From Gemmatales bacterium (GTDB taxonomy: Bacteria > Planctomycetota > Planctomycetia > Gemmatales > HRBIN36), in contig JBEPZY010000001.1 of NCBI GenBank assembly GCA_041640595.1, forward strand, positions 512,001 through 576,000: 64,000 bases of DNA, read 5' to 3'. Under the pieces are notes generated by a model. The model did not search any database, had not been told where the DNA came from, and saw only the letters and a list, made by a program, of their open reading frames with translations. Each line of letters opens with the position of its first letter. Position 1 is the first letter of the stretch. A program made the position numbers and the translations under genes. Below, in pieces: positions 18,595-27,153 of this stretch.

Positions 18595-20334
18595 CTAGGC
18601 TCGGAATACTTCGGCAAAAGACCTGCCCAGGGTACGACTGGCTACTAATAGTGCCAGGAAAAGCAGCACCATGCCGATTACTCCGAGCGCGCTGGCTACC
18701 ATCGGGCCATCGTCCGGTCTGAGCGACAAACCATAAATTGCACGGGTGATAGGATAGTATCGTTCTTGTTGTGCGAGCATGAGACTGTCACTTACTTCGA
18801 GCATCGCAAACGCAAAGGCGAGTGTGCCTCCCGCCAGTAAATGCGGGCGGATCAGGGGCAGGGTAACAGTTGTCCAGACGCGCCAGCGACTAGCTCCCAG
18901 ACTCGCCGCTGCTTCCTCGAGCAAGGGTGGTACCTGCTGGAGACCTGCCAGAGCGGAGCGTAGTACGTAGGGTAAGCGGCGTACCGTATAGGCTAGAATC
19001 AGTAGAAGCGTTGGATTCGCTCCTGGATCGAACCAGCTGCCTAATGGCCCCAGAGGCAAGCGTCGGTAGGCGGTTAGATAACCGAATGCCAGTACCAGTC
19101 CAGGCAGGGCTAAGGGCAACATCGCTAAGTGGTCCAGCAGGGAACTAAGCCGGGTTGGTCGCCTTAGTACCAGCCAGGCAATACTGAAACCAACCAATAG
19201 GTCCAGAAACGTGCTCCACAAACTGTACACGAGGCTGTTTCGCACCGCGATGCCAACAATGTCTTCCTGGCGCAGGGTGCGAAAATGATCCAGGCTATAA
19301 ACCTCTGGAAGAACCGTGAATTGCCAACGGCCTTCCAGAGCAAGCAAGACCACCATGAAATGCGGCAAAAGAGATAGGATGAGTAGGATTATCACATATG
19401 TCCAAACCGATAAGGATAACCAGACGCTTAGCGGTTGGCTGACGATGGCCTGAGTGCCTCGCGGCGAGAATGCGTAAGATCGGCGTAAGATATAGCGTCG
19501 GCCTGTGTAAAACACGCCACTGGAAACCAGAAGTACCACTAAAACTAAGGCATAACCCAGCGGATTTACCTCTCGTTCAGAAACCAGGTTGAAAATTTGC
19601 ACCGCTATTAGATAAGGATAATTGAACATAAGTGGCGTGCCCAGGTCAGTAAATGCGGCTAGAAAAACCAGAATGGCACCGGCGAAATATCCCGGCAAAG
19701 CTAACGGTAACGTAATGGTCTTCCAAACATGCCAGCGACTTGCGCCTAGACTGAGTGCTGCCTCTTCTAGAGTTCTGTCTATGTTCGCAAATGCGGTAAC
19801 GAGGTTAAGAAATAAAATTGGATATAAGTGCAGAATCTGCATAACTGCGACTCCCCAAAAACCGCTGCCAGCCAACCAATCTACTGGCTGATCCGGTCGA
19901 AGAAGATGGCAACGCATAAGCAGCGTATTCAGCGCACCAAACGGATGGAGGAATTGTTCTAATCCTAAAGCTCCCACAAATGGGGGAAGAATTAGAGGTA
20001 ATAAAAGCACACCGATTAGCAGGTTCGTTGCTGGCAAACGATAGCGGGCAACCGTCCACGCCAAAGGCAGTGTCACGCAGGTTGTACCGAGTACAGTTAC
20101 CAGACCCAAAAGCAAACTATTCAGCGTAGCCCGCCATAAAACCGGATGGTACCAGACGGCAATCAGATAACTAACTGTCCAGCCATGCCTATCTCGCAAA
20201 GCTGCCGGTAGTAAGTAGGCAACTGGGTACAGCAAGAAGGCCACGAAGAAAAATAGCAACAGCCACGCTGACCAATTCGCCCGCAGGGTATGCCAGCCCC
20301 TGACTGCTAACAGCGAAGGTGAAATTGCGAGCAT
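18595..20334 (-). CDS. Fe3+/thiamine-type ABC transporter permease (FbpB-like, duplicated membrane domain)
   Basis: Two EAA loops (LEEAALSLGA, LEEAAASLGA), LPPFVGA, DLGTPL, many TM helices. Confidence 0.92.
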   Translation of the reverse strand: MLAISPSLLAVRGWHTLRANWSAWLLLFFFVAFLLYPVAYLLPAALRDRHGWTVSYLIAVWYHPVLWRATLNSLLLGLVTVLGTTCVTLPLAWTVARYRLPATNLLIGVLLLPLILPPFVGALGLEQFLHPFGALNTLLMRCHLLRPDQPVDWLAGSGFWGVAVMQILHLYPILFLNLVTAFANIDRTLEEAALSLGASRWHVWKTITLPLALPGYFAGAILVFLAAFTDLGTPLMFNYPYLIAVQIFNLVSEREVNPLGYALVLVVLLVSSGVFYTGRRYILRRSYAFSPRGTQAIVSQPLSVWLSLSVWTYVIILLILSLLPHFMVVLLALEGRWQFTVLPEVYSLDHFRTLRQEDIVGIAVRNSLVYSLWSTFLDLLVGFSIAWLVLRRPTRLSSLLDHLAMLPLALPGLVLAFGYLTAYRRLPLGPLGSWFDPGANPTLLLILAYTVRRLPYVLRSALAGLQQVPPLLEEAAASLGASRWRVWTTVTLPLIRPHLLAGGTLAFAFAMLEVSDSLMLAQQERYYPITRAIYGLSLRPDDGPMVASALGVIGMVLLFLALLVASRTLGRSFAEVFRA

Positions 20335-20441
20335 GGGACGCGCTCAAGCCTTAGGACTATAGCGTGATTCAAAATTCGGCCTAGCCATGAATTTCCGTAA
20401 TGCTATGACAGTGGCCAGCTTACGGCAAACCTTGCCTGGTG

Positions 20442-20469
20442 TGACGACGTAAGTGTTGCTATGTTCAAC
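20442..20469 (+). other. Candidate dif-like Xer recombination site
   Basis: TGACGACGTAA-GTGTTG-CTATGTTCAAC in an 11-6-11 layout; right arm matches the E. coli XerD arm TTATGTTAAAT at 8/11, left arm ends in TAA; intergenic. Confidence 0.3.
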
Positions 20470-20733
20470 ACTTGTGCCCGGATATGGAGTCGAAAACTCG
20501 GTGCCGTGTCGGAAAATCGCTCGCTGCCAAATTTTGCAACTGATTGCCGCTGTGGAAGATATGGCAAACTTCCAAAAGTGATGCACACAAAAATGATTGA
20601 CTGGCGTACAATTGGTGTGCTGGCTCAGGGCTCTTGCTCTTCGATGGTCTTGTCCCCCATCGGCCAGCGGTAAGGGTCACCGCCTCTGAGCTGGGCATCA
20701 CGCCGCTACGTAGTTGCGAAGATAGGGCCAATT

Positions 20734-21771
20734 ATGTCGGCAACTCGCGCACTTTCCCTTTTGAACGGCTGGGAAACTATTCGCTACGAACTGCTCAATA
20801 CGCGCATTTGCGACCTTAATTTACGCCTCGAGGGCTCGCCGCTGGAACCGTTAGTACAGAGGCTGTACCGGGAGTTAGAGCGGCGGGGATTACGATTCCG
20901 ACCGCCAATTTACCTCACTGACGGCTGGGGTTGTCCAGACCGGGTGCCTGTAATCGGTGTGCCTTTTTATTTAGCGGATAAACGTTTAGCACGTATAGAA
21001 GAAGAACAAACGGGCGAAATCGAAGACGAACACTATACCTTGATGCTGTTGCGACACGAAGCTGGTCATGCTTATAACTATGCTTATCGCCTTTATGAGC
21101 GGCAGGACTGGCAGGAGATATTCGGCCCGTTTGATAAGCCCTATAAAGATAACTTCAAACCCAATCCTTTTAGCAGGCAGTTTGTGCGGCACATTGTGCA
21201 TCACCGCTACGGCCGCACTTATGCGCAGAAGCACCCAGACGAGGATTTTGCGGAAACGTTTGCCGTCTGGTTGACCCCGCGATCGGGTTGGCGCACTCGT
21301 TACCGATATTGGCCGGCGATCAAGAAGCTATATTACGTCGAACGGGTTATGCGCGAAATTCGCAATTTGCCGCCCCTTGTCGAGGATGGTGAGCGCATCG
21401 CCCCGGTAGAAGAACTCACCTTGCTTTTAGCCGAACATTATGGCCAGCGAGCGGAACGCTATCGAGCCGCAGCACAAGGATATGTGGATGATAAATTGCG
21501 AGAGGTGTTCCCTCCGGTCAAAAGTCGGGAGGTCGTCTCTGCTGCTCAGTTTCTGCGCAAGTATAGTTCCAGGCTTGTGCGTCAAATCCATCGCTGGTCG
21601 GATTTAGATGAAGACGAAGTGGAAGCCCTGTTGCTCAAGCTTACGGATCGTGCTGAAGCTCTAGGGTTAACAGTAGCCCGACGGCAAATGCACGATAAGT
21701 TAGTTGACGTAGCCGCATTGGCGATGGCTCTGGCAATGAATTTCAGCTACACTGGCCGTGTTACGGGGTAA
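20734..21771 (+). CDS. Putative zinc-binding metallopeptidase (Peptidase_Mx-like)
   Basis: GVPFYLA, LLRHEAGHA (HExxH), YAQKHPDEDFAETFAVWLTP. Confidence 0.85.
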   Translation: MSATRALSLLNGWETIRYELLNTRICDLNLRLEGSPLEPLVQRLYRELERRGLRFRPPIYLTDGWGCPDRVPVIGVPFYLADKRLARIEEEQTGEIEDEHYTLMLLRHEAGHAYNYAYRLYERQDWQEIFGPFDKPYKDNFKPNPFSRQFVRHIVHHRYGRTYAQKHPDEDFAETFAVWLTPRSGWRTRYRYWPAIKKLYYVERVMREIRNLPPLVEDGERIAPVEELTLLLAEHYGQRAERYRAAAQGYVDDKLREVFPPVKSREVVSAAQFLRKYSSRLVRQIHRWSDLDEDEVEALLLKLTDRAEALGLTVARRQMHDKLVDVAALAMALAMNFSYTGRVTG

Positions 21772-21843
21772 CACAAGAAGACTTATTTTGTGGCTGATCA
21801 CTCTGTTCAGTTTTAATGGTGTCGCCGGGAGTAATGCTGCGAT

Positions 21844-23148
21844 ATGACGCGAATTCAAGAAGTACGGGCACGAGAAGTATTCGACAGCCGCGGACAGCCA
21901 ACTATAGAAGTAGAAATCGTCTGTGAGGACTGCGTTTATGGACGTGCTATTGCTCCGGCGGGCGCAAGTCGTGGCGGTTGCGAGGCGGCGGAGCTTCGCG
22001 ACTATCAGAGCGAACGCTTCTCAGGTAAGGGCGTCTTGAGTGCGGTTCACATTGTGCATGACATAATAGCGCCAGCTTTGCGAGGACTGAGTATAGAAAC
22101 ACCTGCTTACATAGACCAACGGCTCGTTGAACTCGACGGAACACCGGATCGTTCGCGCTTAGGAGGGAATGTACTGGTAGCCACCTCTGTAGCCGTGGCG
22201 CAAGCGGCAGCACAAGCCCGTGGTTTGCCCCTTTACGAGTCACTTGCTCGGGACGCTACAAAATGCGGCTTACGCTGCCACGGCAATGCGGATGATAGTT
22301 ATCGCTTGCCTGTGCCTATGGTCAACATGATAAGCGGTGGCTTGCATGCAGGGCAGCGCATTGAAGTGCAGGACTTCCTAATCATTCCCCGGTCAGCGCA
22401 GAGTTTCCGGCAGGCTATGGAGTTGATTTTCAGAGTACATCGCCAACTTGGAACGTTACTGCGCAAATATGGATACGAAGCTGATCTGGTAGCCGACGAG
22501 GGCGGTTACGGGCCGCGTTTGCATAAGAGCGAACAGGCCCTGGAATTTCTGGTGCAGGCGATTCGTGAAAGTGGTCTGCAGGAAGGCAAGGATATAGTGA
22601 TTGCCATTGATCTCGCTGCCACTCATTTTTACCGCGACGGGCGTTATGACTTAGCTACAGTGAACAAAAAGCTAAGCAGCTCGGAAATGCTTGACTATCT
22701 CGCAGGTTGGCTTAGGAGCTACCCGATTATTAGTTTGGAAGATCCCCTGGCAGAAAACGATTGGGAAGGTTGGGCTGCGATTACCCGTCGGTGGGGCCAC
22801 CTTGTTCAATTGGTGGGCGATGATTTATTTGCGACGAATCCCATGCGTTTACGCGACGGCATTAGTCAGGGAATCGCTAATGCGATACTGATTAAGCCAA
22901 ATCAGGTGGGTACGCTTTCGGAAACGTTCGAGGTCATGCGAATTGCTCAGCAGGCCGGATACCGCATGGTGCTTTCGGCTCGGAGCGGTGAAACCGAAGA
23001 AAACTGGTTGGCCGATTTAGCCGTGGCGACGGGCGTGGGACAAATCAAGATCGGATGTATCACGCGAGGCGAGCGCCTGGCGAAGTATAACCAGTTGTTG
23101 CGCATTGAAGATTGGCTGGGGAATAAGGCACAGCTGGCCAGGATATAG
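21844..23148 (+). CDS. eno: Enolase (divergent paralogue)
   Basis: REVFDSRGQPT.EVE, GAS, GKGV..AV, DGT, PVPMVNMISGGLHA, DEGGY, LEDP, LVGDDLFATN, ILIKPNQVGT, RSGETE, ERLAKYNQLLRIE. Confidence 0.9.
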   Translation: MTRIQEVRAREVFDSRGQPTIEVEIVCEDCVYGRAIAPAGASRGGCEAAELRDYQSERFSGKGVLSAVHIVHDIIAPALRGLSIETPAYIDQRLVELDGTPDRSRLGGNVLVATSVAVAQAAAQARGLPLYESLARDATKCGLRCHGNADDSYRLPVPMVNMISGGLHAGQRIEVQDFLIIPRSAQSFRQAMELIFRVHRQLGTLLRKYGYEADLVADEGGYGPRLHKSEQALEFLVQAIRESGLQEGKDIVIAIDLAATHFYRDGRYDLATVNKKLSSSEMLDYLAGWLRSYPIISLEDPLAENDWEGWAAITRRWGHLVQLVGDDLFATNPMRLRDGISQGIANAILIKPNQVGTLSETFEVMRIAQQAGYRMVLSARSGETEENWLADLAVATGVGQIKIGCITRGERLAKYNQLLRIEDWLGNKAQLARI

Positions 23149-23361
23149 AGCTAATCAGGCTCAGTATCAGCGTGTTTGTGATTATGCATTTAGTTAGCCG
23201 ACTTTGTAGTAAGCACCTGGCGGATTGTGTTGCTTAGCAGACACTAAATATGTGGCCCGACTTTCGGCGTGAATTTTAGATGTTGAAACGGGGCCCCGCA
23301 GTTATAGTAATAGCCTGTTTTACAGCTATGCCCGGGAGCACCTGCATGGTGCATTACTGGT

Positions 23362-24792
23362 TTACCACAGGAGGAAGGCACGTATAAAGGGGCCGTCGAA
23401 ACTTAGGTCTTGATGTTGGACATTACCGCTGACTGCAGCAGATACATTACTGGATGCGGCGTCGAACCAGTAAACCCATTCGTAGCCGCCAGCAATAATA
23501 AGCCGGCCACCGAAGAGGCTCCATTCCCCGCCTACAGCGAGTTCTACCTGCGGGAGTATCTGCCTGCGGGAGTAGTGGCTTTGCAAATCGCGGGTGAGAA
23601 CCGCTCCTGTAAAACTCTGGCTAATCTCGGTCTCGTCAATATCAGCGAAGAGCAAGGACGTGTAGGCTCGGCTGTAAAAAGCGAGTGACCAGCCTGCGTG
23701 ACCACGCCAGAGATAAAGCCGGCCCTCTCCGCCGAAACGGGGACCAGCACCTTCGGTGTCCACCTGAAAGTGGTCGCGATCGAGGTTAGCACCACCGCCG
23801 CTGTTGCGGGTGAAATCGAAGCGATGTGTTATGCTGGCAAGACGGGCCCCGGCGGCAATGAGCAGGTCGAAGAACTCGGTCGGGCTAAGCACCGAGCCGG
23901 CCATGATGTCCACAGTGTGATAGCGCAGATCCCAGCTGCTGGTGGCGGACTCACCCGAATTGACAGGTTGACCGTGTAGAACGCCGGGGCCGTTGTAAAG
24001 CACAAAGGTGGAAGGAACTGCGGGCACACTAAGGTTGGATTGCATGACGAGGTTGTCGTAGTGAGTGTACTCGCCCCAGACATACACGCCGCCACTGAAC
24101 AAGTAACCGACACCTGCACGGAAGGCTACTTCGTAGTCGCCGTCCCAGGGAGTCAGTCGAACTTGGAAAGTTACTGGGTTGGGGTTTTGCACGGCCAGGA
24201 ATTGTGGTTCATTGAGGCGGGGCCGCCAAAAGAGAACGTCACCGAAAAAGACCCACCCGCTCGGTCCGCCCACGTGTTCAGGCGGCGGAGGAGTAGGCAC
24301 AGGCATGGGAGCTACCGGCGCGGGAACCGATGGCGGCCAGCTGGCCGGCTGGAATGCATCGTGACCGCCAGGCATACCGCTGATGTCCGGAACCACGGGC
24401 CCTGTGGCGGATGGCGTCGAGGGAGCGGGGACAGGTTTTTCAGGGGTTGGTGGGGGCAAGACGTGGTTGTTATTAGGAACGCTACTGCTGCCTGGTTTTT
24501 GTGCATCCACTTTGTCGCCAATAGAAACCGGTTTGGGCGGACTGGGAGGATGGACGTTCGGTTTGTCGCTCCCAGTCGTAGTCGTTGGACTTTCGAAGCC
24601 GGGAGGTAATGGTGGCAATGTGGATGGACTGTCGGGTAGATCCGGGAGTTGAGTTTTTGCTGGCGGAGAAACGGGAGTCGGTTTGCCAGGCGGGCTAGCC
24701 AGGGAAGGTGGTTCCGGCGGCAGTTGAGCCCAGAGGGTTGCCGGTACGCACATAAGACCCGAAATCACGCACATTTTCCAGCTTCGAGCCAT
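23362..24792 (-). CDS. Outer-membrane beta-barrel protein (Lpg1974/MOMP-like) with Pro-rich N-terminal region
   Basis: Signal peptide, Pro-rich stretch, then GDVLFWRP, FRAGVGY, GAGPRFG, ELAVG.EW, AGYEWVYWF, DLSFDGPF; C-terminal aromatic residue. Confidence 0.75.
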   Translation of the reverse strand: MARSWKMCVISGLMCVPATLWAQLPPEPPSLASPPGKPTPVSPPAKTQLPDLPDSPSTLPPLPPGFESPTTTTGSDKPNVHPPSPPKPVSIGDKVDAQKPGSSSVPNNNHVLPPPTPEKPVPAPSTPSATGPVVPDISGMPGGHDAFQPASWPPSVPAPVAPMPVPTPPPPEHVGGPSGWVFFGDVLFWRPRLNEPQFLAVQNPNPVTFQVRLTPWDGDYEVAFRAGVGYLFSGGVYVWGEYTHYDNLVMQSNLSVPAVPSTFVLYNGPGVLHGQPVNSGESATSSWDLRYHTVDIMAGSVLSPTEFFDLLIAAGARLASITHRFDFTRNSGGGANLDRDHFQVDTEGAGPRFGGEGRLYLWRGHAGWSLAFYSRAYTSLLFADIDETEISQSFTGAVLTRDLQSHYSRRQILPQVELAVGGEWSLFGGRLIIAGGYEWVYWFDAASSNVSAAVSGNVQHQDLSFDGPFIRAFLLW

Positions 24793-24840
24793 TGGCCGCT
24801 TCTCCTTCGCCCTTCTCCAGGGAAGACACCTTCACCGATA

Positions 24841-24868
24841 ATATCGGCAAAATCGGCACGTTCCTTGA
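24841..24868 (-). promoter_or_regulatory. sigma28 (FliA/WhiG)-like promoter
   Basis: Minus strand TCAAGGAA-N12-GCCGATAT, close to TAAAGTTT-N11-GCCGATAA, ~50 nt upstream of the beta-barrel gene. Confidence 0.45.
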
Positions 24869-24984
24869 ATTCATTGCAAACGATTTTTCCGGCAAACTTT
24901 GTCCCGTTTGTCAGCCGCAGCCGTAACCTAAAATAAGCAAGCGTGAGCCTGGTATGCTCTGAAACAACGATATAGGCCGAGCCG

Positions 24985-26193
24985 ATGGACATTTACCACG
25001 TCAGCGTACATCTGGTGCGATTGCCATTGAAGCGTGCCGTACGGCATGCGTCTTATGTCCGCAAGGAAGTGGAACACGTGGTGGTACGCGTGGAACTGGA
25101 TGACGGCACTGTTGGTTATGGAGAAGGTGCCCCGCGAGAATACGTTACGGGAGAAAGCGTGGAAGACTCTTTCCGTTTGCTGCGCAGCACCAGTGTGCAC
25201 CGGTTTCTTTCGTTTTTGCGTCCCCAGAGCTTCGAACAGGCGGTGGAGGCTATTGCGGAAATGCCTTGGGAATATCCACCCGACGACAAGCGTCGCCGCG
25301 TAGGGAACGCAGCCCGATGTGCCCTGGAGCTGGCGCTACTCGATGCCTACGGCCGCTACTTTGGCAAGCCTTTATCTCTTGTAACCGCTATTGTCGCACC
25401 CAAGCTGTATGCTCCACGTTCCGAGGTTCGCTACAGCGCTGCTATTACCGGTCTTGTTGGTTGGAAATTGCGAGCGAGTGCCCTGGCAGTGCGGAGTTAC
25501 GGTTTTCGGGATGTGAAAGTTAAAGTAGCCGTAGCTGGACACGATGATGTCCGTCGGTTGGCTATCGTCCGCCGCTGGTGCGGGGCGAACATGGAAATCC
25601 GCGTGGATGCCAACGAAGGTTGGAGCGCGGAGGAAGTGCTTGTGCGTCTGCAGGAATTGCAGCCATTCCGAGTGGCGGCGGCGGAACAACCTGTACCGCA
25701 TGAGTCGCGGCAGATTCTTGCCGAGGTGCGACGGCAACTAAACATTCCGATTATGCTCGACGAGTCGCTGTGCAGCATGGTGGATGCGCAGACCGCTCTC
25801 ACCGAGCAGACGTGCGATTTGTTCAACCTGCGGTTATCCAAGTGCGGGGGGTATATTCCCACGCTGCGGCTGGCTCAGTGGGCGAGCGAGCACGGCATCG
25901 GTTACCAGCTTGGCTGCCAGGTCGGGGAAAGCGGCATACTTTCCGCAGCAGGACGACACTTTGCCTGCTCAGTGGCTGGTTTACGCTGGGTGGAAGGTTC
26001 CTACGACCGTTACCTGCTCAGCAACCCGTTGACCCGGCATAACCTGACATTTGGCTGGGGAGGATGGGCTCCTGCGCTGACACGACCCGGTCTGGGAATT
26101 GCTGTGGATGTCGAATCTGTCCATCGCTTCACAGTACGTCGGGAGGAAATCTTTGACATCACCAACACCGCAGCTCTTGATGTGGAGCGCTGA
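24985..26193 (+). CDS. Enolase-superfamily (MLE/dipeptide-epimerase subgroup) protein
   Basis: GYGEGAPREYVTGES, ELALLDA, KVKV, VDANEGW, EQP, LDESL, RLSKCGG, GCQVGES. Confidence 0.88.
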   Translation: MDIYHVSVHLVRLPLKRAVRHASYVRKEVEHVVVRVELDDGTVGYGEGAPREYVTGESVEDSFRLLRSTSVHRFLSFLRPQSFEQAVEAIAEMPWEYPPDDKRRRVGNAARCALELALLDAYGRYFGKPLSLVTAIVAPKLYAPRSEVRYSAAITGLVGWKLRASALAVRSYGFRDVKVKVAVAGHDDVRRLAIVRRWCGANMEIRVDANEGWSAEEVLVRLQELQPFRVAAAEQPVPHESRQILAEVRRQLNIPIMLDESLCSMVDAQTALTEQTCDLFNLRLSKCGGYIPTLRLAQWASEHGIGYQLGCQVGESGILSAAGRHFACSVAGLRWVEGSYDRYLLSNPLTRHNLTFGWGGWAPALTRPGLGIAVDVESVHRFTVRREEIFDITNTAALDVER

Positions 26194-27082
26194 GGACGGA
26201 TATAAGGGCTACTACCGAGTGTGGCGCCCGACAGGCACCCCGCGAGCCAACATTGTCTGCCTGCATGGCATTCAGAGTCATGGCGGGTGGTACGAGTATT
26301 CGAGCGGGCAGCTATGCCAGGCAGGCTACGTGGTTTGGTTTCCCGACCGGCGTGGTTCAGGGCTGAATGCTCGACATCGCGGCGACTGTGCCAGTTATCG
26401 GCAACTGCTGGCCGATGTGGCGGAGTTTTTGCTGGCGGTTCGTGAAGGCCGTCTTGCAACTACCCTGCCGGGCCGGGGTCCGGGAGCAGATTTGCCGATC
26501 GTGCTGATGGCTGGCTCCTGGGGAGCTAAACTGGCCGTCGGCTCTCTTCGCGCTTATCCCGGTTGTGCCGACGCGCTCATTCTCTGGTCGCCGGGATTTT
26601 TCCCGCAGGTCCGCATGACCCTGCGCCAGAAGTGCAAGGTTGTTTTCTGGCGACTGATACAACCGGATTATCGACTTCCCATTCCGCTCAATGATCCGGA
26701 GCTTTTCACGGCCAACCCGGAGCGTCAGCGATTCATTGCCCAGGATGAATTAGCCCTGCGGCAAGCGACAGCACGGTTTCTTCTGGAAAGCGCCCGCCTG
26801 GACTGGTATCTGCGACATGCGCCTCGGTATGTTACCTGTCCGGTTTTACTGTTGCTGGCCGGGCAAGATCGCATTGTGGATAACGCCAAAACGAAGCGAT
26901 ATTTTGAGCAGTTCGCATCCGCGGATAAAACGCTGATCGAGTATCCGCAAGCACATCACACGCTGGAATTCGAGCCACAACCCGATTTCTTTATCCGCGA
27001 TATTCTTTCATGGTTGGAGCGAGTCGAGCCGCAATTGAAAGGGTCCCAGCCATCTTTCCCTGCGCCGGTACCACTTCTATAA
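26153..27082 (+). CDS. Alpha/beta hydrolase (lysophospholipase/monoacylglycerol lipase-like)
   Basis: LHGIQSHGGWY, DRRGSG, GSWG nucleophile elbow, AGQDRIVD, HHTLEFE; TTG start after GGAGG; overlaps the end of the upstream gene. Confidence 0.88.
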   Translation: MTSPTPQLLMWSAEDGYKGYYRVWRPTGTPRANIVCLHGIQSHGGWYEYSSGQLCQAGYVVWFPDRRGSGLNARHRGDCASYRQLLADVAEFLLAVREGRLATTLPGRGPGADLPIVLMAGSWGAKLAVGSLRAYPGCADALILWSPGFFPQVRMTLRQKCKVVFWRLIQPDYRLPIPLNDPELFTANPERQRFIAQDELALRQATARFLLESARLDWYLRHAPRYVTCPVLLLLAGQDRIVDNAKTKRYFEQFASADKTLIEYPQAHHTLEFEPQPDFFIRDILSWLERVEPQLKGSQPSFPAPVPLL

Positions 27083-27153
27083 TTCGGTGAAAATTGTGGC
27101 AGATACCAGTGGCACAAGAGGCCATAACTGCGTGTGTAGTTTGGAGGGAAAGC

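Noticed and set aside
17511..23361. oriC in the low-GC zone
   Set aside because: Only scattered one-mismatch DnaA-box-like 9-mers; no cluster, no parS palindrome, no dnaA or dnaN nearby. GC skew could not be resolved by eye, so it is not fully excluded
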